64,000 bases of DNA, from NCBI GenBank assembly GCA_937991645.1, contig CALKPL010000025.1, positions 272,026 to 336,025 of the forward strand. The letters run 5' to 3'. Positions 27,886 to 36,929 of this stretch are shown piece by piece. The stretch is from an uncultured Clostridia bacterium. Lineage in GTDB: Bacteria; Bacillota; Clostridia; Oscillospirales; UMGS1783. The notes below the pieces were generated by a model. It ran no database searches. It was not told where the DNA came from and saw nothing but the letters and a program-made list of their open reading frames with translations. Each line of letters starts with the position of its first letter. The stretch's first letter is position 1. A program made the position numbers and the translations under genes.

Positions 27886-30066
27886 TTATTTGCATGCAGT
27901 TAAAATCACCAGTTCGCTTGTTAAGGATGCATCGTTATGGAGCTTTAGGCCCTCATACTTCAATATTCTGCCCTCGCAGACAAACTCCTCATTTGTATTG
28001 TCAAGATGCACAAGATAATTCTTCGATGCATCAATGCCTTTAAAACGGGCGATGATTTCCATATCCGCGCTGTCCGCTAGGCGGAACAGTCCGAGCACTG
28101 CTTTGGATGAATCTTTTGCAACAAGCTCCAATATGCCTACGCCGCGGCTGTCCTCGCCGTCAAGAGCGGGCGTATGGTGGTAGATTGAGGATTCTTCAAT
28201 AAAGGTACGCACAAAATGATTGTACAAATCCAAAAAGTGCTTGAATCTTTCCTGCATTACAGGGTTTTCTGTTGCGGAAAGGGGCGTGCCGCAGCCGTGG
28301 CCGTGATGTGCCGTCGGGCGGACAAAGAGCATCTGCCTGATTTGAAAATCCAAATCCGCCATGGTATGGGCATCCATTGTTGTGGTGAGCCTGTCTATCA
28401 GCTCGGGCGGCAGACACATCGTCATACCGTTTGTTATATCAAAGCTGCGCGGAGAAACAGGGTTGTCGGTTATCCAGGTATGGCAGAAGTATTTCACCGC
28501 ACCCAAATCTGTTCTGCCGCCGCCGGATGCGCAGTTTTCAAAAATAACATCAGGAAAGCGTTTGCGCAGGCGCTCATACATAGCCTGGAAACGCTCATTG
28601 TAACGCCAATCGCTGTTCTCAAAATAGCCGTCGCGCATATTGCCCGAATATGGCACATCGTAGATATGGTTGAAATCCAGACGGAACATATCCACCTTTG
28701 TGTATTCTATCATCCTTATGATATGATTTTCAACCCAGGCATAAGATTTATCCTTTGCCAGATCCACAATGCCTCCAACCCCCTTTTCGGGGAATCCGCC
28801 GTTATTCTTCTGGTTGTAGCCCATTGTGACAAGACCGGCGCTTTCTTTTGCCGCGTTTGAAAGAGAGCCTATTCTTTCCGGCTCCATCCAGAGCCCAAAA
28901 AGCAAGCCCTTTTCGTGACAGTAATCGCGAAGCTCGCCTATGCCGTTGGGGTAGCGGGTTATATCCACCTCCCAATCGCCGGTACTGGAAAGCGCACGGG
29001 TACTGTCAATCGGAAAATACCAGTTGGCATCAATATAAAATATATCATAGCCCATTTCCGCGGCTCTGTCCACACATATTTTGTCCTCTTCAATATTTCC
29101 GTGGCCCGCGGTTTCAACCCAACAACCCCTGCTTCTTGCCTGTGGGTGCATTACGCTGTTGCGGATAAAGGAGTGCATACCGTTAACGGCTTTGTCGAGA
29201 TTCCCGTTTACCATACCTATGATAAGCTCGGGAGTTTTTATTGTTTCCCTGGGTGCAATCACTCTCAATGGGTTGCGCGCTTCGATTTTTGCGGAAAACG
29301 CCAGGCTGCAGTGATCCTGTATGATTGAGTTCCCCAGTTTCTCGGAGTTTACATCGAAGCTGAAGCGGTAGCCGCCGCTGTATGCCAGCTGACCGATAAA
29401 GGTTGTGCCCTTGGCCTTGTTTTCCAGAACGAAAAACGGATGCCTGTATCTCGCTCTCGTGTATCTTGCGCCAAAGGACAGACAGTCCATCGGCAAATCG
29501 TGCCAACGGAACATACCCTCGTGCATGTGGACAGTATGCTTAAAATAACCCAAACGGTACGGGCTTTCCTTTGTTTGGTCGGTTATATGATTTTTCCAGC
29601 GCTTGGTGGTTTCCAAGCCGCCGCAAAGAATATGCATCTCGCCCAAAGCGGCCGCCGTTTCTCCTGTGTTTTTGATTTCGAGCCAGCGCGATAAAACCGG
29701 CGAGCCGTCAATAAGCGTGCACACCGTAACCGTTACGGGAATAAAACCGTGTTTTAAGATGATTTTAACGGTGAGATTCTTTTCGCGCTCCTCCTTTTCT
29801 ATTCCCTCGCAAACGAAATGGCTCATGATTGACTGCCCGTTCATATCAAATTTAAAGGCAAAGCTTTCGGCAAAGTCCGCTGCCGTAAGGATTTGCGGAT
29901 TATCCCAAGAATCATGGGGAAACGGCATATACCCCGCGCCGTTCCAGCCCAAGGCGGTAAATATTCCGTCACGCAGGCCCTCGGTATAGGTTGTTAAGCC
30001 GGTACGGTAGGTTACCGTCAGGTTTTCGCCCTCGGATATGTTAACATCATAAAATTTCTCTTTCAA
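27886..30066 (-). CDS. GH36-like glycoside hydrolase, cytoplasmic
   Basis: 726 aa, TTG start with GGAGG 7 nt upstream. Motifs FYIDANWYF, GLWMEPERIG, FRLDFNHIY and ENCASGGGRTD. Confidence 0.8.
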   Translation of the reverse strand: MKEKFYDVNISEGENLTVTYRTGLTTYTEGLRDGIFTALGWNGAGYMPFPHDSWDNPQILTAADFAESFAFKFDMNGQSIMSHFVCEGIEKEEREKNLTVKIILKHGFIPVTVTVCTLIDGSPVLSRWLEIKNTGETAAALGEMHILCGGLETTKRWKNHITDQTKESPYRLGYFKHTVHMHEGMFRWHDLPMDCLSFGARYTRARYRHPFFVLENKAKGTTFIGQLAYSGGYRFSFDVNSEKLGNSIIQDHCSLAFSAKIEARNPLRVIAPRETIKTPELIIGMVNGNLDKAVNGMHSFIRNSVMHPQARSRGCWVETAGHGNIEEDKICVDRAAEMGYDIFYIDANWYFPIDSTRALSSTGDWEVDITRYPNGIGELRDYCHEKGLLFGLWMEPERIGSLSNAAKESAGLVTMGYNQKNNGGFPEKGVGGIVDLAKDKSYAWVENHIIRMIEYTKVDMFRLDFNHIYDVPYSGNMRDGYFENSDWRYNERFQAMYERLRKRFPDVIFENCASGGGRTDLGAVKYFCHTWITDNPVSPRSFDITNGMTMCLPPELIDRLTTTMDAHTMADLDFQIRQMLFVRPTAHHGHGCGTPLSATENPVMQERFKHFLDLYNHFVRTFIEESSIYHHTPALDGEDSRGVGILELVAKDSSKAVLGLFRLADSADMEIIARFKGIDASKNYLVHLDNTNEEFVCEGRILKYEGLKLHNDASLTSELVILTACK

Positions 30067-30190
30067 TTTACATCCTCCGGGTATGATTTGTTTTGATTAT
30101 GTATGGATACAGGAAAAAAATAATCTGCAATACAGAATAAATGTCTGTTCTCTGATAAGGCAGTACGGAAAAATCCGTACTGCCCGCTGC

Positions 30191-32359
30191 TTACGCTTTT
30201 GGCGCGTATTCTATGATTTTTGCATCCTGAAGGCTGTCGATATGAATCGTGATACCGCTTGTCATAAGCTGGTAACCGGTAAGCTCGATGCGATCGCCCG
30301 TATCTATATCGGTGAGCACATAAACAGTATCCTTTTCCAAGCCGCTTAAATAGCAAAGCTGACTTGTCTGTGTTGAGCCCTGACGCTTAAACATCTGAAT
30401 AATCCCTGTGTTTTCATCCCGCAAATGCCACTGCCAGCCTATCCATTTTTCGGCCGTATCCGACCATTCGGTAAGCGGATAATAGTCACCTAAGAAGTAG
30501 GGGCTGTACTTTACATGCTCCTCCATTACATTTTTGGCGGAGGCAATAAGCGCCTGATCGCCGCTTTCAATATTATACACAAAGTTGGTACACTGCATAA
30601 AATTGGAGCGGCTTACATATTTCATGGAGGCCGAACTGGTCTCAACAGTGGATTGTCCCGAATACGGAGCAAACATATTTATTCCGTAGGTTTGGCACTG
30701 CGTAACGATTGGATCGTTGCAGTTATCGTCACGCCATAAGGGATAGGAGCGGGACTGCGTTTCCAGGTCAAGACGCTTGCCGCCGGATGCGCAGGAGTCT
30801 ATCATCACGCCGCATTCCTCGATAAGAAAATCATAATACTTATAGTAGTTTACGATGTATTTATTCTCGGTTATACCCGTGCGGTTTTCACCCTCGGTTT
30901 CGGCGTCTCTGATTTTCCAATAGGGCAAAAGGTCAAAATTGCAGTCCTGCCGGTACCAATCGACGCCGTTTATCTCCAGCGAATTTTTCATAAAATTGCA
31001 AAGGTAGTCCAAAACCTCGTCATTGGCTAAATCTATGCAGCTCTGCGCTTCGCTATAGATAAGCCAGCCCTTATCCATAAACTCTTCTTTCCAATCCGTA
31101 TAATTGGCAATACGCTCGGGCTCATACCAAAGCACGGTTTCTATTCCGTATTCGTGCGCAACATCCGATATTCCCTTTAAGGATTCGCCAAAACGCTCCG
31201 GATCGGGCGTCCAATTCCCTACGCTTGACCACCAATTGCCGCCAAAAAGCACGCTCCAGCCGGCATCCATTTGCCAGGAATCAAACGGCAGGCCGTTTGC
31301 CAGGCGAAGCTTTATGCCGATTACCTGGTTGTCGGTGGTAGCATCCTCCATGAGATTTGTTACATAAACGTTGTTGTTCATTTGCTGGCGGGTTTCCAGG
31401 GTTTCGCCATCCTCTTTCGGCTGAATGTAGTTATAGAGGAAGCGTGTCCAGATATTCTGCGCACGGGTAATATCCTTTTCCCAGAAAAGCAATGTCATTC
31501 TTGCGCTGCGTATAGACTCGCCAGGCTTTAAATAAGTTTCCAGATATTCCTGACGCGTATCTATTTCCACGCCGTTTTCCGTTTGGGTAAGACTGGATTT
31601 CCATTGCCCCGTCCAGCCGACGGAGAAGAATATGCCTTCCTTGCCCCAGGAGGCCTCTTCATTTTCCCAGTACACATTGTAGTACGGCGCCCAGCGCACA
31701 CTCGGCCTGCCGTTAGAACCATTGAACTCGATTGCGCGCCCATCGGTAAAATGTCTTACCTCGGGCTTAAAGGAGACTGTGGCATCTCTGCCGCCGCCCC
31801 ATCCAAGCACGTCATATACGTTATTGCCGGCATTGCCGATTGTTGCCTTATAGCCGGAAAAGTCGGTGATAATGCCGCTGTTTGCATCACCCGTATTTTC
31901 TATCCACACTGTCCATTCGCAAACGGGCGCAACCTTATACAGCACGGCTTTTATCGATACTTCCAGTACCTCGCCGGGCTTTTTGTAAGTTACTTCCCAT
32001 TCGGTCATGATATCATCGGAGGCAACCTCCTCGACATTTCTTTCGTACTCGGTAAATACCTCGGAGAACAGTTTGCCGTCTACTGCAAAATCAAAGCCCA
32101 GGGTGTTCGCATCCGAACTTTCTAAAATCTGCTCTTTAATATATGCCTCTGCCTTGGCATACTCGGCTTCGGTTGCCTCAACCTGTGTGGCGTCTATCGC
32201 ATAATCACGGTCTATGTAATAATACGAGTCGCCCTCTAAACCCGTGTTCAATGCTATATCATACTGCCCTGCATCCCAAAACTGCCGCGCGCATCCGGTA
32301 AACAGGGGCAGCAGGATACATGCAAGCAGAAGGGCTGAAATAAATCTTTTCTTTTTCAT
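30191..32359 (-). CDS. GH36-like glycoside hydrolase, lipoprotein
   Basis: Signal peptide with lipobox LFTGC. Motifs SWQMDAGWS, VLWYEPERI, YRQDCNFDL and IDSCASGGKRLD. Confidence 0.8.
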   Translation of the reverse strand: MKKKRFISALLLACILLPLFTGCARQFWDAGQYDIALNTGLEGDSYYYIDRDYAIDATQVEATEAEYAKAEAYIKEQILESSDANTLGFDFAVDGKLFSEVFTEYERNVEEVASDDIMTEWEVTYKKPGEVLEVSIKAVLYKVAPVCEWTVWIENTGDANSGIITDFSGYKATIGNAGNNVYDVLGWGGGRDATVSFKPEVRHFTDGRAIEFNGSNGRPSVRWAPYYNVYWENEEASWGKEGIFFSVGWTGQWKSSLTQTENGVEIDTRQEYLETYLKPGESIRSARMTLLFWEKDITRAQNIWTRFLYNYIQPKEDGETLETRQQMNNNVYVTNLMEDATTDNQVIGIKLRLANGLPFDSWQMDAGWSVLFGGNWWSSVGNWTPDPERFGESLKGISDVAHEYGIETVLWYEPERIANYTDWKEEFMDKGWLIYSEAQSCIDLANDEVLDYLCNFMKNSLEINGVDWYRQDCNFDLLPYWKIRDAETEGENRTGITENKYIVNYYKYYDFLIEECGVMIDSCASGGKRLDLETQSRSYPLWRDDNCNDPIVTQCQTYGINMFAPYSGQSTVETSSASMKYVSRSNFMQCTNFVYNIESGDQALIASAKNVMEEHVKYSPYFLGDYYPLTEWSDTAEKWIGWQWHLRDENTGIIQMFKRQGSTQTSQLCYLSGLEKDTVYVLTDIDTGDRIELTGYQLMTSGITIHIDSLQDAKIIEYAPKA

Positions 32360-32375
32360 ATTCACTAACCACCGT

Positions 32376-33110
32376 TTATTTTTTCAGCTTGCCTATTTTA
32401 ACTGCCAGAATTATGATAACAGCCAAAAGAATGACGCAAACACCTGCAAGACCGTAGATTACGGGCATCACCCAATCGGGCATGATAACCTGGGGAAGCG
32501 CGGTTTCGACAAAGCTCAGGGAACCGCCGCCGTTATTGGGAGTATTATCCCCTGCTGATGAAGATTCTGATGAGGAAGTCGCGTCGGAAGAAGGTTCTTC
32601 AGAAGGATCGATATTCAACTCGTATACTACCTCGATATCGGTAACAACATAAGCGCTGCCGTAGCTGGCAAGCGTGGTATTGCCGGCAAGCGTTTCCGTG
32701 CCGTCAACCGTTCTTACCGGCGGCGCGCCTAAATTGAGATGGTCCAGAACAAAGGCAAGCTTTTGGCCCGCGGCTTCCGCCTCCGATGCTTTTACGGCGA
32801 GGTCAACGCCGGTTGCAATATAGTTGATCGACTTTTTATCTTCGCTTACACCGCCGAAATCAAGGGGATTTCTGACGCTCTCATCTACCACGCCTTCGGC
32901 ATCCGCCAGATACCAGCCTGCCCAGGCGGAGTCTGTTCCCGCATCGTTTATGGGGTTTACTTCCTTATTGAAGTACACCGTAAATGTGCTGATATCGGTA
33001 ATTTCTACCTTTTCGACTGTGAGCGCATCTTCTGCGCCTGCGTCTACGGAGAATACGCCCAGCGCAAGAAGCGTTAGTACCGCAAGAAATATTGCTGTAA
33101 TTTTCTTCAT
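32376..33110 (-). CDS. secreted single-module protein with Ser-rich linker and C-terminal TM anchor
   Basis: Signal peptide, then one copy of the ~140-aa module shared with the next gene. This is followed by SSDATSSSESSSAGDNTPNNGGG, a hydrophobic helix and a KIGKLKK tail. Confidence 0.75.
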   Translation of the reverse strand: MKKITAIFLAVLTLLALGVFSVDAGAEDALTVEKVEITDISTFTVYFNKEVNPINDAGTDSAWAGWYLADAEGVVDESVRNPLDFGGVSEDKKSINYIATGVDLAVKASEAEAAGQKLAFVLDHLNLGAPPVRTVDGTETLAGNTTLASYGSAYVVTDIEVVYELNIDPSEEPSSDATSSSESSSAGDNTPNNGGGSLSFVETALPQVIMPDWVMPVIYGLAGVCVILLAVIIILAVKIGKLKK

Positions 33111-33140
33111 GTTCATTTACCTCATAAAACTTAATAAATA

Positions 33141-33172
33141 AAGCAGGGGTGCAAATGATTACACCCCTGCTT
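33141..33172 (-). terminator. hairpin/terminator between the two surface-protein genes
   Basis: 11-bp stem aagcaggggtg/cacccctgctt followed by U-rich sequence on the minus strand. Confidence 0.55.
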
Positions 33173-33181
33173 CGTGTAATC

Positions 33182-35638
33182 TTATGCCAAAGTCTTCTTT
33201 TTCTTAACGACGATTCCAGCGCTCAATACCACGGGAATTGCCATTCCCGCTATTATGAACGCTATATTCATGTCGCCTGTAGCGGGGATAGCATATACAT
33301 TATCCACTTCAATGTTTACATAGACTCTGTCATAACCGGTATCAGACGGGCAGTTTGCCACAACCTTTTCACCCGCATCGTTGACGACGTTTTCTATCAG
33401 CGCATCCGAATCGCCCTTGCCGTCTTCGGTAATTTCCTCCAGGCAGAATACGGGGTAATAATTCTTATACTTGGCAAGCGCGCCGGTTCTGTCCAGAATG
33501 GCGGCGAGACTGTCGGCGCCTTCTATATTCCCCTCGTTGGCTAACGTCCAGACAACGCTCTTTCTATCCCGACTTACGACTGCCGCACCGTAGAATTGCA
33601 AGGGGGTTTCGCCGTCAAAGCCCAGGTTGAAGTCCCTGTCGACATAGCGAATAGCAAGGAAGCCGTAAGGCGGCAGGAAGGTAATTGGCTCTGAAAACTC
33701 CACGACGATCTGCGTATCGTTAACGGCAACAGCTTTCACAATATGGGGTCCCTCGGGCATTGCCGGGATTTCCAGAGGAAGCAGGCCGGGATCTTCCCAG
33801 GCGGTGTTTTCGACTACGGGAACATAAGCCGCATCTGCGCCGCCCTGCGCTCTGGAATATACACGATTCGCCTTTAACTCTTCTTTCGCATCATTTAAAA
33901 CGTTGGCGACCGTATCATTGTCGTCAATGGAATCAATTTCCTCTACGCACATCATGGGAATATAGTCGCTGTAATCTGCAAGCTTACCGTTGAATTGAAT
34001 CGCATCCAGAACACTATTGCAGCCGGCAGGATTGCCTGTTTCATCGATCGTCCAGGTTAATCTCATGCCGTCGCCTGACATTACGGAAGTGCCGTTAAAC
34101 TGTAAGGGCGTACCGTTATCCATCGCAAGATAGCCGAAATTATCGGTGTAACGAAGGGCTATATACGCATAGGGAGGAATCATATGTACGGGCTCGGAAA
34201 ATTCAACTACGATCTGCTTTTCGTTAATAGCGGTAGCGCTTACGACTCTGAAGCCTTCGGTTATTATGAAGGAAGGTTCAACATAGCCGTCTATTCTTAT
34301 AACATTATCGCAAGCGTGAACCAATCCGTTGGCATAAGAGGGCGAAATTGCATTGGGAGCAAGAGACTCGCCATCTGCATTTTTGACTATTCCGTTGCCC
34401 TGCGCGCCTAAATTGTCAAATGCAAATACTAAATCATACTTATCCCTGGTATAGGCCGCATAATCGCCGGTTCTGGTATATGCCTCCCACGCTTTACCGT
34501 CGGGTGCGTCCGGAGAGCCGGAAACATAATAGGCGCCTGTGCCGGTAGAAGCCATCTGGCGATAGGACATGCCGATTCTCCCGCCTTCAAGCGAGCCCGT
34601 TTCCTTGTTCCGGAAATAGAACGCGCCCCAAGGCTGCTCTGTGAATTCTACCGATTCACCAAAGTCCACCAATATTGTTGTCTGACTAATAAAAGCAGCT
34701 TCTTCTATTGTAAAGTCACCCGACTTTAACTCGTATACAACCTGAATGCCGGTGACGACATAGGCGCTGCCGTAGTTGGTAAGCGTGGTATTGCCGGCAA
34801 GCGTTTCCGTGCCGTCGACCGTTCTTACCGGCGGCGCGCCGCCACCGATAACGTCAAAGGCAAAGGCAATCTGTTTGCCTGCGGCCTCCGCCTCCGCCGC
34901 TTTTTCAGTGAGGTCCACGCCGGTTGCAATATAGGTAATGGATTTTTTATCTTCGCTTACGCCCCCGAAATCGAGGCCGTTTCTGACGCTCTCGTCCACT
35001 ACGCCCTCGGAGTCCGCCAGATACCAGCCTGCCCAGGCGGCGTCTGTGCCTTCATCGTTTATGGGGTTTACTTCCTTATTGAAGTATACCGTAAACGTGC
35101 TTACATCGGTGATCTCTACTTTTTCGACTGCGAGCGCGTCGCCAACATCCGGTTCGTATACAACCTGAATGCCGGTGACGACATAGGCGCTGCCGTAGCT
35201 GGTAAGCGTGGTATTGCCGGCAAGCGTTTCCGTGCCGTCGACCGTTCTTACCGGCGGCGCGCCGCCACCGATAACGTCAAAGGCAAAGGCAATCTGTTTG
35301 CCTGCGGCCTCCGCCTCCGCCGCTTTTTCAGTGAGGTCCACGCCGGTTGCAATATAGGTAATGGATTTTTTATCTTCGCTTACGCCCCCGAAATCGAGGC
35401 CGTTTCTGACGCTCTCGTCCACTACGCCCTCGGAGTCCGCCAGATACCAGCCTGCCCAGGCGGCGTCTGTGCCTTCATCGTTTATGGGGTTTACTTCCTT
35501 ATTGAAGTATACCGTAAACGTGTTCACATCGGTGATCTCTACCTTTTCGACTGCGAGCGCGTCGACTGCGATTGTGGCAAAGGTAAACATTCCGACAAGC
35601 ATACATACCGCAAGCAAGATTGCCAAAAACTTTTTCAT
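33182..35638 (-). CDS. secreted five-module surface protein with an LPXTG-like (IPATG) sorting signal
   Basis: 818 aa. Signal peptide, two near-identical modules, one divergent module and two modules of a second subtype. C-terminus is IPATGD plus a hydrophobic stretch plus KKKKTLA. Confidence 0.8.
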   Translation of the reverse strand: MKKFLAILLAVCMLVGMFTFATIAVDALAVEKVEITDVNTFTVYFNKEVNPINDEGTDAAWAGWYLADSEGVVDESVRNGLDFGGVSEDKKSITYIATGVDLTEKAAEAEAAGKQIAFAFDVIGGGAPPVRTVDGTETLAGNTTLTSYGSAYVVTGIQVVYEPDVGDALAVEKVEITDVSTFTVYFNKEVNPINDEGTDAAWAGWYLADSEGVVDESVRNGLDFGGVSEDKKSITYIATGVDLTEKAAEAEAAGKQIAFAFDVIGGGAPPVRTVDGTETLAGNTTLTNYGSAYVVTGIQVVYELKSGDFTIEEAAFISQTTILVDFGESVEFTEQPWGAFYFRNKETGSLEGGRIGMSYRQMASTGTGAYYVSGSPDAPDGKAWEAYTRTGDYAAYTRDKYDLVFAFDNLGAQGNGIVKNADGESLAPNAISPSYANGLVHACDNVIRIDGYVEPSFIITEGFRVVSATAINEKQIVVEFSEPVHMIPPYAYIALRYTDNFGYLAMDNGTPLQFNGTSVMSGDGMRLTWTIDETGNPAGCNSVLDAIQFNGKLADYSDYIPMMCVEEIDSIDDNDTVANVLNDAKEELKANRVYSRAQGGADAAYVPVVENTAWEDPGLLPLEIPAMPEGPHIVKAVAVNDTQIVVEFSEPITFLPPYGFLAIRYVDRDFNLGFDGETPLQFYGAAVVSRDRKSVVWTLANEGNIEGADSLAAILDRTGALAKYKNYYPVFCLEEITEDGKGDSDALIENVVNDAGEKVVANCPSDTGYDRVYVNIEVDNVYAIPATGDMNIAFIIAGMAIPVVLSAGIVVKKKKTLA
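34741..35575. repeat. tandem direct repeat, two units of 423 bp, nearly identical
   Basis: Unit boundaries at 34741 and 35164. I saw only a handful of mismatches by eye (for example gtagTtgg vs gtagCtgg). The ORF-track antisense peptides at 34938 and 35361 are identical. Confidence 0.95.
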
Positions 35639-35678
35639 TTTTCTTCCCCTTTCTAAAAATACGAATCAATGAACGGCC

Positions 35679-35707
35679 TTGATTTCATCCTGCAATTCAA
35701 TTATAAT
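35679..35707 (+). promoter_or_regulatory. candidate promoter of the AraC-family gene (TTGATT-17-TATAAT)
   Basis: Lies in the 111-bp divergent intergenic region. Confidence 0.4.
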
Positions 35708-35749
35708 ATTTATAAAAAGATTTCTTCTATGTAAAAGAGGGCAAGAATC

Positions 35750-36652
35750 TTGCGAAAACAACCAAACAATGTTTTCCACGCGTTTTATGAGGAAGCTTTT
35801 CCCTATTCTTATGCAGTAAAAATTAATTTCGAGAAAAAACCCAAGCCATTATCTGTGAACGAAGTTACCGCATTGCATTACCATAAATCCCTGGAGCTGG
35901 GATACTGCGAAAGCGGAACCGGGATATGCTATATTGACAACGACGAATACCCCTTTGAAGCGGGAGACGTGCACATAGCATTTCCCTATCAGCCGCATCT
36001 TGCAAAGAACAATCCGGGCTGTACAAGCGAATGGTATTGGCTGAATCTTGACTGCGAAAAGATCTTCGAAAAAGGCGGATTTACCGATAAAACCAAGGTT
36101 GAAAAATGGATGACAACCGAAATGGCGCTTTGCGGCATATTCAGGGCAAGCCAGTACAAGGAAATTAACCGGCTCGTAAAATCGCTTATATTCAGCGCCT
36201 GGGATAACCCGCAGACAACGCCGTTTCACAGCGAAATTATTTGCTCATATCTGTATACATTAATGCTTACCCTGCGCAGGGAATCCTACGGCAAGCCGAA
36301 GTTGCCCTTGGCTAGAAATCCGAAGCTGATCGCTCTGTCGCCCGCTTTTACGCTAATAGATGAATCGGTTCATGCCGGCGAGGCTGTGCATACGCCCGAG
36401 CTCGCGGCCGCCTGCAATTTGAGCGTAACGCATTTCCGAAGAATATTCAATGAAGTGATGGGCGTCGCCCCTAAGGAATATATAACAGACTGTTTCCTGA
36501 AAAAAGCCGAAAAAATGCTTATGACCGCTAATGACAGTATTTTGGATATAGCAACTTCTTGCGGATTTATGGAGGTTTCGGGGTTTAACCGCGCTTTTTC
36601 GGCAAAGCACCAAACGTCACCCTCCGAGTTCAGAAAAAAATATCGAAAATAA
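35750..36652 (+). CDS. AraC family transcriptional regulator (cupin plus HTH)
   Basis: 300 aa. N-terminal cupin-like region (HYHKSLELGYCESG) and a C-terminal AraC HTH (FRRIFNEVMGVAPKEY...GFMEVSGFNRAF). Confidence 0.88.
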   Translation: MRKQPNNVFHAFYEEAFPYSYAVKINFEKKPKPLSVNEVTALHYHKSLELGYCESGTGICYIDNDEYPFEAGDVHIAFPYQPHLAKNNPGCTSEWYWLNLDCEKIFEKGGFTDKTKVEKWMTTEMALCGIFRASQYKEINRLVKSLIFSAWDNPQTTPFHSEIICSYLYTLMLTLRRESYGKPKLPLARNPKLIALSPAFTLIDESVHAGEAVHTPELAAACNLSVTHFRRIFNEVMGVAPKEYITDCFLKKAEKMLMTANDSILDIATSCGFMEVSGFNRAFSAKHQTSPSEFRKKYRK

Positions 36653-36686
36653 AAGCAACAAGGTAAAACCTTGTTGCTTTTATTTG
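36650..36686 (+). terminator. intrinsic terminator after the AraC gene
   Basis: 13-bp stem aaaagcaacaagg/ccttgttgctttt with a trailing T-rich run. Confidence 0.8.
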
Positions 36687-36929
36687 TAAAGATATTCAAT
36701 TGTTTTGAATTGAACCCGACGTTCGGCGACAGGTTTTATCTGCCGTATCGGGCGAGGGCGGTCCGTAATCTACGGCAATTTCCATTTAAGGCTCTTTCGC
36801 GCGGGATTTCCTTTTCTGGTTGCCATAAATCGTCTGCCTTAAGCATAACGTCGTAATTCCTTATACGCAGTATACTGTCCTTTGGAGTACGACGCTATTG
36901 TATCGGCTCATGTCTTATCGTTTCGGCGT

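Noticed and set aside
36687-36929. About 240 nt downstream of ftsH with short palindromes (for example ccgacgttcgg). Checked for a tRNA or small RNA.
   Set aside because: There is no T-arm GGTTCGAATCC-type motif with a complementary stem, no acceptor-stem pairing, and no promoter/terminator pair delimiting an sRNA.
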